Notes under the pieces: generated by a model
What the model saw: the letters and a program-made list of their open reading frames with translations, nothing else
Database searches by the model: none
Told to the model about the DNA's origin: nothing
Program-made: the position numbers and the translations under genes
Shown: positions 31,240 to 40,445 of the stretch, piece after piece
Numbering within the stretch: the stretch's first letter is position 1
How the letters are laid out: each line of letters starts with the position of its first letter
NCBI GenBank assembly: GCA_964649615.1
Contig: CAZYPW010000002.1
Coordinates: 2,969 to 66,968 of the forward strand
Source: an uncultured Gammaproteobacteria bacterium
GTDB taxonomy: Bacteria > Patescibacteriota > Microgenomatia > Daviesbacterales > UBA10151
Direction: 5' to 3'
Length of the DNA: 64,000 bases

Positions 31240-31758
31240 ATGTTAAATATACAAATGCAAAATAAATCGAAAATGTATAAAAATATGCAGTCTGACGAGC
31301 TTGCTGCCTCAATAGGTTCTTTAGTCTGGGAATCACCTAGAAAAATGCCAGCTCATTTTACAAGTAAAACTAATGGCAGTTCTCAATCATTTATGGTTGA
31401 TTTTGAAGATATAGATCCAAAAGATGAATACGAGATGGCATCTACCGCCTGGAATAAACTCGGAGAATATATCAAACCGGAGGATGGGATTACAGAAAAG
31501 CAGTCTATGGCTATTCTTCGCTGCGGAGAGGATATTATGATCGCTTCATACATTACTCAAAAAATAGGCAGAATTGAAGTTATTGAAAATGTAGTTTCAG
31601 GATTAACTGAAAAAAATAGCGGTTCCTGGCCGGATGATCTTGGTATTCCGCAGGTATTTGAAACTGAATCGGCAAAAAACTGGTTTGATTTTTGCAAGGA
31701 ATTTGGTGTACAGATGGCAGCAGGAAAAGCTAGCGTACATCCGGTAGAAGGTCTATAA
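31240..31758 (+). CDS. Hypothetical protein
   Basis: 172-aa ORF; start codon uncertain. Confidence 0.55.
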   Translation: MLNIQMQNKSKMYKNMQSDELAASIGSLVWESPRKMPAHFTSKTNGSSQSFMVDFEDIDPKDEYEMASTAWNKLGEYIKPEDGITEKQSMAILRCGEDIMIASYITQKIGRIEVIENVVSGLTEKNSGSWPDDLGIPQVFETESAKNWFDFCKEFGVQMAAGKASVHPVEGL

Positions 31759-31769
31759 TAATTGACCCC

Positions 31770-33059
31770 ATGCCTAATGAGAAAATTATATGTGCACTTG
31801 ATATTGGAACCTCAAAAATAGCCACACTGATTGCCTCAATAGGAGTAAACAACAGGATAAATTTAATAGGAGCTTCATCAGTTACTTCCAAAGGAATTAG
31901 AAAAGGTCAGGTAGTAGATATTGAATCCGCCTCACAGTCAATTATAGAAAGTGTTGAGAGTGCAGAAAGAATGGCAGGCATCTCAATTTCCTCTGCTTAC
32001 ATCTCAATAGGTGGACCTCATATTGAAAGCATAAATACTCATGCTGTGGTGGCAGTTTCAAAGGCAGGGTCAGATATTGATGAGAAAGATTTAGGAAGGC
32101 TTAATGAAATAGCACAGGCTGTCTCCTTACCTTCTTCAAGACAGATACTTCACTCACTCCCGATCAGTTACACAATTGATGGTCAGCATGGCATTAAAAA
32201 CCCCTTAAATATGGCTGGGACGCGTCTTGAGAGTGAAACCCATATTATTAGCGGTTCCAGCGTTGCTATAAGCAACTTAATTAAATGCTTGCAAAAGGTG
32301 GATGTAGAAATTGAGGAGATAATATTTTCCGGTATTGCCTCATCAGAGTCAGTTTTAACCCAAACAGAAAAAGAATTAGGGGTTGTACTCTTAGACATAG
32401 GATATGACACTACAGATGTAGTGATATTTGTTGATGGAGCAATTACCTATTCTTCTGTTTTACCAATAGGGGCAAGATACATAACAAATGATCTGGCAAT
32501 AGGATTAAAGGTTTCACTGGAATCAGCAGAAAAGATAAAACTTAAATTATCTGATCCGGAATTAACAAAAAGTGATCCAGAAACTCTTGATAAAAATGAA
32601 AAGAATAAAAATAATCCAGATTTATTAGACCTTAAAACACTTGGTATATCAGAAGAAACAGAGAAAATATCCATAAAATCTGCCAGGGATACCATCATCC
32701 GCTCCAGATCAAGGGAGATATTTGAGCTAATTCAAAAAGAACTTAAAAGGAGTGGGTATGGTTTGCATATACCTTTTGGGGTTGTCATATCCGGTGGAGG
32801 AGCATTAACAGTAGGATTACCAGATGTAGCAAAATACATTTTAGGTTTTCCGGCAAGAATAGGAGTACCAGATGGATTTACCGGTCTTTCAGATGAGACA
32901 GATTCTCCGGAATTTGCTGTTTCATCTGGACTAATCCTCTATGCACTTAATAATCAGGATATAGAAAAACAACATAATTTCCGGATATTAGGTAGAAATT
33001 TACCCTTTAAAAAGTGGTTTGATCAGATTAAAAGATTTATTAAACAATTACTACCCTAA
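31770..33059 (+). CDS. ftsA: Cell division protein FtsA (lone copy on the element)
   Basis: ALDIGTSKI, GIRKGQVVDI, EKELGVVLLDIG, ITNDLAIGL, SGGGA and C-terminal amphipathic helix. Confidence 0.92.
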   Translation: MPNEKIICALDIGTSKIATLIASIGVNNRINLIGASSVTSKGIRKGQVVDIESASQSIIESVESAERMAGISISSAYISIGGPHIESINTHAVVAVSKAGSDIDEKDLGRLNEIAQAVSLPSSRQILHSLPISYTIDGQHGIKNPLNMAGTRLESETHIISGSSVAISNLIKCLQKVDVEIEEIIFSGIASSESVLTQTEKELGVVLLDIGYDTTDVVIFVDGAITYSSVLPIGARYITNDLAIGLKVSLESAEKIKLKLSDPELTKSDPETLDKNEKNKNNPDLLDLKTLGISEETEKISIKSARDTIIRSRSREIFELIQKELKRSGYGLHIPFGVVISGGGALTVGLPDVAKYILGFPARIGVPDGFTGLSDETDSPEFAVSSGLILYALNNQDIEKQHNFRILGRNLPFKKWFDQIKRFIKQLLP

Positions 33060-33628
33060 GTAGCGATCTGATTGCTAGCCTTTTCTTTCTCTCTTTTCTC
33101 TCGAATTGCATCATCATATCGTTTTTTACCATGAGTAATCTCCAATCTTTTAATTTTTGCATCTAATTCTTCATTTGTTAAATCATCATTAGGATCATGG
33201 TACATTTGCCTTTGTTCAGCCAGCTTGTAATACCCCTTTAATCTGTAAATCATATCTATAGTTCTGATTATCATGCTGTTATCAGGTTGCCGGTAATATG
33301 CAATAATCCTTTTATCTAATCTGGCTATGTTTAATAATTTGTAGCCTCTTCCTCCTTTGAAAATAGCTTGAATATCTTGATCTGATGTATCTAAAGAAAA
33401 ACTCATTGATCTAATCTTATGAGCAAATAATAATTCTCTTGTGAGCATTACTAACACCTCATCTGGAAAGTAATCTCCCATCAACTCTTTCCATCCCTTG
33501 CTTTCAGTAAGTTTTTGAGGGTTTTTAGCCATAGCAGGAGAATAACCTACAGCAAGCATAGCCTTTCCCATATTTCCACCAAATTCCACCATTTTTTTAA
33601 GTACCAGTTTCTGTTTTAAAGTTGCCAT
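33056..33628 (-). CDS. Terminase small subunit-like protein
   Basis: TLKQK..GNMGKAMLAVGYSPAMAKNP resembles the TerS N-terminal HTH; C-terminal DLTNEELD. Confidence 0.5.
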   Translation of the reverse strand: MATLKQKLVLKKMVEFGGNMGKAMLAVGYSPAMAKNPQKLTESKGWKELMGDYFPDEVLVMLTRELLFAHKIRSMSFSLDTSDQDIQAIFKGGRGYKLLNIARLDKRIIAYYRQPDNSMIIRTIDMIYRLKGYYKLAEQRQMYHDPNDDLTNEELDAKIKRLEITHGKKRYDDAIREKREKEKASNQIAT

Positions 33629-33703
33629 ATTTTAATCTTACTCCATAACTTTAATAGACAACTAATTTAATCTGGGCGTATAATCCCCTTACTTAAATCA
33701 CAA

Positions 33704-34177
33704 ATGAAGAAAGTCAGGAATTTATTCTATATCTTAGGTGGCTTAACTCTATTGGTTCTGGGGTGGATTGCAATAGTAAGACTATTAGGTTTCCAGATTA
33801 ACAAAGAGTTTTTCATACCTTTTGATAAACAACAATGCATACAAAGAGAGTATCCTACTTATCCCAACCATTCAGGTATTGCCGGTTGTGTGTTCTGGTC
33901 AAGACATGATGATCTGGAATTAAAGCAGAATTGGATAGCCTTGTTTGAAAGGGATGCTACTTACTGCAATCAAACTTATGGAAATATAGATGATGCTGAC
34001 TTTGCAGAGAGTTTGCACAGAAGGCTTACAGAAGGTAGAGACCCCAAGTGTGATTATGAAGGTGTCAGACAGATAAAAAGGAATGAGAACTGGGATTATT
34101 TAATCTCAAAAGATAAAGATCAGTTTTACTACTCCTGTGTTGAGCAACTTTGTCCAAGTAAAAGTTTGTTTAAATGA
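33704..34177 (+). CDS. Membrane-anchored Cys-containing hypothetical protein
   Basis: N-terminal TM segment and six Cys. Confidence 0.55.
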   Translation: MKKVRNLFYILGGLTLLVLGWIAIVRLLGFQINKEFFIPFDKQQCIQREYPTYPNHSGIAGCVFWSRHDDLELKQNWIALFERDATYCNQTYGNIDDADFAESLHRRLTEGRDPKCDYEGVRQIKRNENWDYLISKDKDQFYYSCVEQLCPSKSLFK

Positions 34178-35208
34178 AAATAACTAATGTTAAGAAACTA
34201 TTTTCAGGTAAAAAGAAATTCCTAACAATACCAATTGCCAGTGTACTTGGATTTACGGTATTGCCCTTTCTGGTAGGTGGTTTACTAGTCTGGTTATCAT
34301 ATAAAAAGATTGGGAATATTAAACTTAGATTTACAGCTTTAGCAGTAGTTACTTTAATAACATTATTCTTTGGAAGTGCTTGGGTAGCTGGACTAACTTC
34401 TCCAAGTGAACCTAAGCCACAGACAGAACAGGTACAACAAGAAGTCCAAATTGATCCTAATACTTCCCAAGCTACAAAGCCAAGTGAGCCTTCTGCCTCA
34501 CCCTCTGTATTCAAAGCTCAAACTGCACCGAATAATCCAACTATCCAACTTGCTAAAGTTACTAAAGTTATAGATGGAGATACTATTGAAGTTGATCTGG
34601 GTGAAGAGAATATAAAAAGAGTTAGGTATATTGGTATTGATACTCCTGAAAGTGTTGATCCTAATCAACCAGTAATGTGTTTTAGCAAAGAAGCAACAGC
34701 AAAGAATAAGGAACTAGTTGAAAATAGCACTGTTGGACTTGAGAAAGATGTATCTGAAACAGACAGGTATGGAAGATTACTTAGGTATGTGTATATGGGA
34801 GACTTATTTATAAATCAGGTGTTAGTTGCAGAAGGATATGCCCACTCCTCATCTTACCCTCCGGATATAAAATATCAGGATAAATTCAGACAAGCAGAAC
34901 AAGAAGCTAGAACAGCCAATAAAGGACTGTGGGGATCATGCAATACTCCAACACCAACTCCAACTAGAAAACCTACTACATCAAACTCTACGAGCTCACA
35001 GATAGATACTAATACATCAACAGGAACAAGCAATAGCGGTGGAAGTTGTAAATATTCTTGTAGTAGTCCTGATAGAGATTGTTCAGACTTTTCCTCTCAT
35101 CCAGAAGCACAAACCTTTTTTAACTGCTGTGGATTTACAGCAACAAATGATCCTATGAAACTAGATGCCGTGGGTGTAGGAGATGGAATAGCCTGTGAGA
35201 ATATCTAA
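34174..35208 (+). CDS. Membrane-anchored thermonuclease with Excalibur-like C-terminal domain
   Basis: VIDGDT, RYIGIDTPE, DRYGRLLRYV, DRDCSDF and DGIACE. Confidence 0.9.
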   Translation: MKITNVKKLFSGKKKFLTIPIASVLGFTVLPFLVGGLLVWLSYKKIGNIKLRFTALAVVTLITLFFGSAWVAGLTSPSEPKPQTEQVQQEVQIDPNTSQATKPSEPSASPSVFKAQTAPNNPTIQLAKVTKVIDGDTIEVDLGEENIKRVRYIGIDTPESVDPNQPVMCFSKEATAKNKELVENSTVGLEKDVSETDRYGRLLRYVYMGDLFINQVLVAEGYAHSSSYPPDIKYQDKFRQAEQEARTANKGLWGSCNTPTPTPTRKPTTSNSTSSQIDTNTSTGTSNSGGSCKYSCSSPDRDCSDFSSHPEAQTFFNCCGFTATNDPMKLDAVGVGDGIACENI

Positions 35209-35755
35209 TAATCATCTCGAACCTGTATTCAAAGTTTTGTTATTCGGTTTAAAAAAAGCTGGCATTGATTATTGGGTCTACGGAGGAGTAAGTATTGCAG
35301 GTTATGCAGGAAAATTTATTCGTGAAAATAATGATGTAGATATTTTTGTAAGAGAAAAAGATTTTAATAATACTAGATTGATTTTAGATTATTTATGTAA
35401 GCAGAATAATTTTGAACTAATAAATCAGAAACTTTTAAGGAATGGCCGACCGAAGCTAGATATAAAAATTGCTGGAAAAGAGAGATTATCAGTAATTCCA
35501 ATATACTTGAAAGATACTATGGTTGAGTTTAAATTCTGGAAAAGGTCAGAGGAGTATCCTTATCAAATTCTGGAAAAAATGGAAAATAACATATCTGGTT
35601 ACAAGTTTTTTACACCTCCAAATGAATACATTAGAAAACTTTTCCTAAATTATTTAATTTCAAGAAAAGACAAGAAGAATAATCCAAAGATTAAGGACTA
35701 TGATGCAAAAGCGATCCTCACTCTTAAAGAATACACCGAACAATACCTAGCATAA
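35195..35755 (+). CDS. Nucleotidyltransferase, LinA/ANT(2'')-like fold
   Basis: YWVYGG..IRENNDVDIFV. Confidence 0.6.
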   Translation: MRISNNHLEPVFKVLLFGLKKAGIDYWVYGGVSIAGYAGKFIRENNDVDIFVREKDFNNTRLILDYLCKQNNFELINQKLLRNGRPKLDIKIAGKERLSVIPIYLKDTMVEFKFWKRSEEYPYQILEKMENNISGYKFFTPPNEYIRKLFLNYLISRKDKKNNPKIKDYDAKAILTLKEYTEQYLA

Positions 35756-35804
35756 AAGTGGAATTTCTTCGATATGTTATTATCTCAATGCAGAAATTTA
35801 ATCT

Positions 35805-36098
35805 ATGTTAAGTTCAATTCCTGGACAACCCTTGTGGATTGTTTTTACCTTTATATTTGTGGGATTGGCAATTTTCCATTTTAACCAGTCAAATAAATCC
35901 ATTAAAAAACCAGAAAATAAAGCTAAAGTAAAAACAATCAATGGCATGAATTTAGGCATAAATGAGTTTATTAACGAGTTTGGAGTTTATGTTGATGATC
36001 TGAACAGACAAAATAGAATTATCAATCTTTTTACTGCCTTTGGATATATAGTTGCGGTTCTCACCTCGATCTACTCTTATTTTCTAAGCTTAAATTAA
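35805..36098 (+). CDS. Two-TM hypothetical protein
   Basis: Two hydrophobic segments. Confidence 0.5.
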   Translation: MLSSIPGQPLWIVFTFIFVGLAIFHFNQSNKSIKKPENKAKVKTINGMNLGINEFINEFGVYVDDLNRQNRIINLFTAFGYIVAVLTSIYSYFLSLN

Positions 36099-36116
36099 AT
36101 GCTAATACTCTGATGA

Positions 36117-36572
36117 ATGGAGAATAATATAAATACCCCTGATCATATAGTACAAATAGTTGAAATACTGGAAGAACAGGGCCTAAATCAGAAAGATAAT
36201 CTGGTAATAACACCCAATATCAGTACTTGGGCTAGGGAAAATGGTGGTCAAGAAATACCTTTGGACACGATTGGATACTCAATAACTCTTGTTTCAACTA
36301 ATCCTGAAACAGGAGTAGAAACAAGAACTCCGAAAATAGTTCTTAAAAAGATTATTACCAATAATGACCAAGTTCGCATTAAACAGAGGATTTCATATCC
36401 AGTAGATCGTGGTAGGCAAGTTTTTTTAACACCTCTGGAGAAATTCATAGAACACTTAACAAGACATGAGATAGCTCATCAGTTAAACAATATTCCCCAA
36501 GATCGGGAATCTGATGCAGATCAAGTGGCATTGGATCAGATGGGTTTCAGTGAGACATCACAAGGATTCTAA
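36117..36572 (+). CDS. Putative zinc metallopeptidase
   Basis: HEIAH followed by ESDAD. Confidence 0.55.
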   Translation: MENNINTPDHIVQIVEILEEQGLNQKDNLVITPNISTWARENGGQEIPLDTIGYSITLVSTNPETGVETRTPKIVLKKIITNNDQVRIKQRISYPVDRGRQVFLTPLEKFIEHLTRHEIAHQLNNIPQDRESDADQVALDQMGFSETSQGF

Positions 36573-36714
36573 TCTTGTTTCTTTTTTGCTTTTTAAGAAG
36601 ATTTTCTTTGGCTATATCAAAAATTCTATTAAAAGCTCTTTGTACACGTTCTTCACTATCCGGAGAATTAACAAAATGATACCTTATTGTGAGTGGTTTT
36701 ATTTTTCTACCCAT
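36547..36714 (-). CDS. 55-aa hypothetical protein (not in ORF track)
   Basis: MGRKIKPLTIRYHFVNSPDSEERVQRAFNRIFDIAKENL...*. Confidence 0.45.
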   Translation of the reverse strand: MGRKIKPLTIRYHFVNSPDSEERVQRAFNRIFDIAKENLLKKQKRNKIRILVMSH

Positions 36715-36719
36715 TTTAC

Positions 36720-36863
36720 TTAGTAAGTAATTCTATCTTTCTTCGTTTTCATACTAACAATATTCAGCTTTGCATCCGGACTATTAAGATCAACTCTTTT
36801 TAGTAAATTCATCAAGGTTTGAATTAAGTTTTTCGATTTAAGATATCTTTTACTCTTTATCAT
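36720..36863 (-). CDS. 47-aa hypothetical protein (not in ORF track)
   Basis: MIKSKRYLKSKNLIQTL...RITY*; ends 5 nt before the next small ORF. Confidence 0.3.
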   Translation of the reverse strand: MIKSKRYLKSKNLIQTLMNLLKRVDLNSPDAKLNIVSMKTKKDRITY

Positions 36864-36932
36864 AGATATTATTTCATAACTGAACACTTTAATTACTCAA
36901 AAGAAGCTAGCAGACTTGAGCATTTATAGTAC

Positions 36933-37361
36933 TCATTTTTTCTTTAAACCAAGAATATCACTCAATAAGTCAGATACCTCACCAGTTGATAAAGATGGAG
37001 TGTTTGATTTAGGAATACCAGATAGAAGATCAAGGAGTGGAGAAGAATTAGTTGCACGGCTGGACATAACTTTCAGTTTCAGATTTTGATTATTCTTTTG
37101 ACTAAACCATTCCCAGGCATCTTTGTTTAAAACCCCATTGTAATCGCTTATATCCACTTTAATTACTAGAAATGATAACCCTTGAAAACTAGTAATAATT
37201 CTATCGGATATATATTTAGAGCTACTGGTAGTACTAATGACATAAACATTAGGAAGATAGTGCCACCAATCTGTAACGGTTGAGATATGGGTAACTACAT
37301 TATGAATCTGATTGGAATCAAATCCTTCCAGATTATTAAAGACTATAAGATAGTAGCTCAT
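36933..37361 (-). CDS. Hypothetical protein, possible Cas2-like ferredoxin fold
   Basis: YLIVF..WWHYLPNVYVI..YNGVL..AWEWF pattern. Confidence 0.5.
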   Translation of the reverse strand: MSYYLIVFNNLEGFDSNQIHNVVTHISTVTDWWHYLPNVYVISTTSSSKYISDRIITSFQGLSFLVIKVDISDYNGVLNKDAWEWFSQKNNQNLKLKVMSSRATNSSPLLDLLSGIPKSNTPSLSTGEVSDLLSDILGLKKK

Positions 37362-37768
37362 TTTGTCTCCTTTCTTAAAACTCTAATTTTCCCAGTTACT
37401 TCGGAATTTACTTCCGAAGTAACTATAGTTGGTTGTACAAGCTCTGCATCAGGTGGTGGTAAATGTAAGCCTTTTTTTTTATTTCCAATTTCATTTTGGA
37501 ATTTTAATACAGTTAAAAATGATTTAGCATCTAAAAATAGGTGCGGTTTTAAAGGAAGAAGTATATGAAAATATACTGATTCCAAAAAATAATAAGAAAT
37601 GAAAACAAAAAAAGGAATAATTGAATCTATTTTAAAAGAAAATATCGTACAAAAGATACCAAGAATAATTAACCTGTGAAGAAATATTTTAGTAGCCCCA
37701 GTTCTAAAAAGAACTTGCAGCGTACTTTGACCCCACTTATATAACCAACTTTCTGTATCGTTTCCCAT
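37358..37768 (-). CDS. Two-TM hypothetical protein
   Basis: Hydrophobic hairpin; 4-nt overlap with the downstream gene. Confidence 0.55.
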   Translation of the reverse strand: MGNDTESWLYKWGQSTLQVLFRTGATKIFLHRLIILGIFCTIFSFKIDSIIPFFVFISYYFLESVYFHILLPLKPHLFLDAKSFLTVLKFQNEIGNKKKGLHLPPPDAELVQPTIVTSEVNSEVTGKIRVLRKETK

Positions 37769-37821
37769 AAATCAGCTTTGCCCAGCTGAATTATCTTTTA
37801 TATCTAATTTAAAAGCAAATC

Positions 37822-37914
37822 CTATTGAATGCCTGTGCCTAATTGTTGCAAAGTTTTATATTGATATAATATGCTTTGAAAGAGGTGTTCAAGATTTTCA
37901 CCCTTGAACCCGCA
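37822..37914 (-). other. Orphan integrase C-terminal coding segment / att arm, copy 1
   Basis: Reads CGFKGENLEHLFQSILYQYKTLQQLGTGIQ*; in frame with the integrase through the shared CCCGCA. Confidence 0.75.
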
Positions 37915-38012
37915 TTTTAGGATTTAGGCACAAATTAGTACAAATAGTGTTCAGTGGCTTCTTGATTTTGAGGCTAAAAGTGTTCTAGTCCTATCAAGCG
38001 ATAAACCTAGAT

Positions 38013-39581
38013 TTATAAGAAACATTTTGTTTGTGATTTAAAAAAGTCTCGGTATCTTTCTGATTCGTTTATGATATTACCTTTGTCTAGTCTTAATACA
38101 TATATATGGGCTAACGGTGTCTTATTCTTGTGCGTAAACTGACCCTCTAAGGTATTTACTACTATTTCTTCTCCACATAGCATTTTTTTAATAGCCCCTT
38201 CATCATACAAAAGAACAGGAAAATCTTGTAAATTTGTTATATTTCTGTTTACAGCAAAAGGTATAGTTAATGACCAATCCAGAAGCATTAAACGGTTTGG
38301 ATCCTGACCAGTGTAGACAAAAATATCATCAGTCTCACCTTTTGGCACAAAATTATCTATCTGATCCCAAACCTGGTTTACAGCGGTCACGGATCGGTAG
38401 GGTAACTGAGATGACAAAAGTATGTTTGTGTAGAATATATTTAATCCTAAAACCAACATACAAGCAGATAAAAAATATTTCCTATTTAAAGATGAGATAA
38501 AAGTAGATATCAAATAAATTAAGCCTATTGACGGTAGTGTCAGGTACCTATAAGAGGTTCCTGCGGTTACATAACTATAAAACCACCAGTTTGGTAGGTA
38601 GGCTATCGGTATAAACAATAAGAAAAATAATCGCCATTGAAGTTTGTCTATCCTAAGTTTCAGAAATCTAATTATTGTTACACATAGGAAAACGAATAAT
38701 AAGAAACATGATAATAATGAAAGGAAAGTAGGAGAAGATAAACCAGCAATTTCCTGTATGGGTATAATCCAACCAATTGAGAGATTACCGATAGAAGCAA
38801 AGAAGTTACTTATTCTGGGGATAAAATCTCCTGAAATAATGCCAATTGATTCAGTAGACCTAGATACTAGACCGCCCGTTCCTTTACCTTGTAAAATTGA
38901 AAAAGTCAGTAAAAGCAAAAATAAAAAGGTTGTTATTCGGAGTATTGCTAATTTTGCTTTTCTTTGACTGGGGCTTTTTATGAAGCTAAAAATATCCCAA
39001 ATCAATATTAAAGCAGGGAGACCTGCGGCTCTTGCAGGAGAGATAAAAATACTTATCAATAAAAATGGCAGGGAATAGATCAAACCAATTAGGCTATTTT
39101 CTTCAAAAGATTTTACCCAATAGTAAAATCCAATCCCAAAAAATATTACAATTAGAGCTGCTGCATGATTACTGGCCCAAGTAAATGATTCTATCCCAAC
39201 AACAGAGGTTGAGAAAAATAAGCCTGCTAAAGCAGCTGTCCGATATGATCTAGTAACTCCTAGAATCATCAATGAGACGCTAAGGGAAGCTAATATTTTC
39301 AATATAAGACCTTCTATTTGCCAGTAAAAAGGATTTAAACCAAAGATTGGTCCAAAAAACATTTGCTCAATAGTCATACCAGGATGATCTGGTAATCCAA
39401 GGAGAGTTAAGAGTAACTCTGGTTTGTAATATGCCATCCAAAGACGGCTCCAATCATCCTTCCAAAAATGAAAATTTAGGGACTGCCAAGAACTGATAAA
39501 TACTAAAAAGGTTATTAAAAAGATATAAAGTAGAACTGATTTTATTGACGGTAGAGAGAATCTATAGTTATCATTTTGCAT
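38013..39581 (-). CDS. Multi-pass membrane protein, GT-C glycosyltransferase-like
   Basis: FWKDDW after TM1, more than 10 TM segments, YRYL. Confidence 0.65.
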   Translation of the reverse strand: MQNDNYRFSLPSIKSVLLYIFLITFLVFISSWQSLNFHFWKDDWSRLWMAYYKPELLLTLLGLPDHPGMTIEQMFFGPIFGLNPFYWQIEGLILKILASLSVSLMILGVTRSYRTAALAGLFFSTSVVGIESFTWASNHAAALIVIFFGIGFYYWVKSFEENSLIGLIYSLPFLLISIFISPARAAGLPALILIWDIFSFIKSPSQRKAKLAILRITTFLFLLLLTFSILQGKGTGGLVSRSTESIGIISGDFIPRISNFFASIGNLSIGWIIPIQEIAGLSSPTFLSLLSCFLLFVFLCVTIIRFLKLRIDKLQWRLFFLLFIPIAYLPNWWFYSYVTAGTSYRYLTLPSIGLIYLISTFISSLNRKYFLSACMLVLGLNIFYTNILLSSQLPYRSVTAVNQVWDQIDNFVPKGETDDIFVYTGQDPNRLMLLDWSLTIPFAVNRNITNLQDFPVLLYDEGAIKKMLCGEEIVVNTLEGQFTHKNKTPLAHIYVLRLDKGNIINESERYRDFFKSQTKCFL

Positions 39582-39593
39582 GACTTAATAATA

Positions 39594-39680
39594 CTAGATT
39601 GTTACTCCTAATTGTTGCAATGTTTTGTATTGGTATATTAAACTTTGGTAGAGGTGTTCAAGATTTTTACCTTCGGTCCC
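39594..39680 (-). other. Orphan integrase C-terminal coding segment / att arm, copy 2
   Basis: Reads GTEGKNLEHLYQSLIYQYKTLQQLGVTI*; 61/74 nt identical to copy 1; TCGGTCCC matches the tRNA 3' end. Confidence 0.75.
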
Positions 39681-39767
39681 CAGCAAGTTTGCCCCTTGAC
39701 AAAATTTGTAAAAAATATTAAAAAGAGGTTGCAAACTGCTTCATGGTATTTCTCTGTCCCCAAAATT

Positions 39768-40421
39768 ATGGCTAAACTTCCTTCAAGTAAAAGTAATAAA
39801 CCAGCTTCTCAATCTGTTTCTAGTTATTGGCAGAATTTAGAAAGTGAAGTTTCTAATAATCAATCTAAAATTAGCATGATTTTGGGAAGCCTGATTATTT
39901 TTGTAGTGGTTTTATTAATTTTTAATTTCTTCAATAAAAACAAATCATCTTTAGGCCCAGCTCAAACAACCGAAAGCACAAGTGAGCAACAAGATGTCAG
40001 CCCTGAAAACCTACCGGGTAAATATACAGTTAAAGAAGGAAACACTTTATTTTTAATTGCAGAAAAATATTATAGTGATGGATATAAATTTACAGAGATT
40101 GCTAAAGCAAATAATATTAGTGATGTAAATGCAATTACTGTTGGCCAAACCTTAGAAATTCCTAAATTAGAAGCTGTGGAAGTGGCAGAATCTACACCCG
40201 CACCAATTACTATTCCAGCAGGTACACCAGAAGTATCTGCCAGCGATTATGGACCTGCCATTACTGCTAACACCTACACAGTGGTAGAGGGCGATTGGCT
40301 CTCCACTATAGCTGCAAGAGCTTATGGGGATATATTTGCTTACCCAAAAATTGCCCAGGCCAATAATATTACTAACCCTGATTACATCACCCCGGGAATG
40401 GTTTTAACTATCCCCAGATAA
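39768..40421 (+). CDS. Membrane-anchored protein with two LysM domains
   Basis: YTVKEGNTLFLIA and YTVVEGDWLSTIA. Start probably ATG 39768. Confidence 0.9.
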   Translation: MAKLPSSKSNKPASQSVSSYWQNLESEVSNNQSKISMILGSLIIFVVVLLIFNFFNKNKSSLGPAQTTESTSEQQDVSPENLPGKYTVKEGNTLFLIAEKYYSDGYKFTEIAKANNISDVNAITVGQTLEIPKLEAVEVAESTPAPITIPAGTPEVSASDYGPAITANTYTVVEGDWLSTIAARAYGDIFAYPKIAQANNITNPDYITPGMVLTIPR

Positions 40422-40445
40422 TCAATTTTTTGGTATATTTACCAT

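Larger units (their letters stand above)
26914..39680. mobile_element. Composite integrative element at tRNA-Asp (main unit to about 37914, second cassette to about 39680)
   Basis: Integrase at the tRNA 3' end. Junction sequences recur: CCCGCA at 37909-37914 and TCGGTCCC at 39673-39680. Carries rep, XRE and TerS-like genes. Confidence 0.8.

Noticed and set aside
26914-39680. Complete prophage or ICE
   Set aside because: No recognisable capsid, portal, large terminase, tail, lysis or T4SS/relaxase genes.
39645-39767. Extended start of the LysM gene
   Set aside because: The extension runs across the att junction; ATG 39768 is more plausible.
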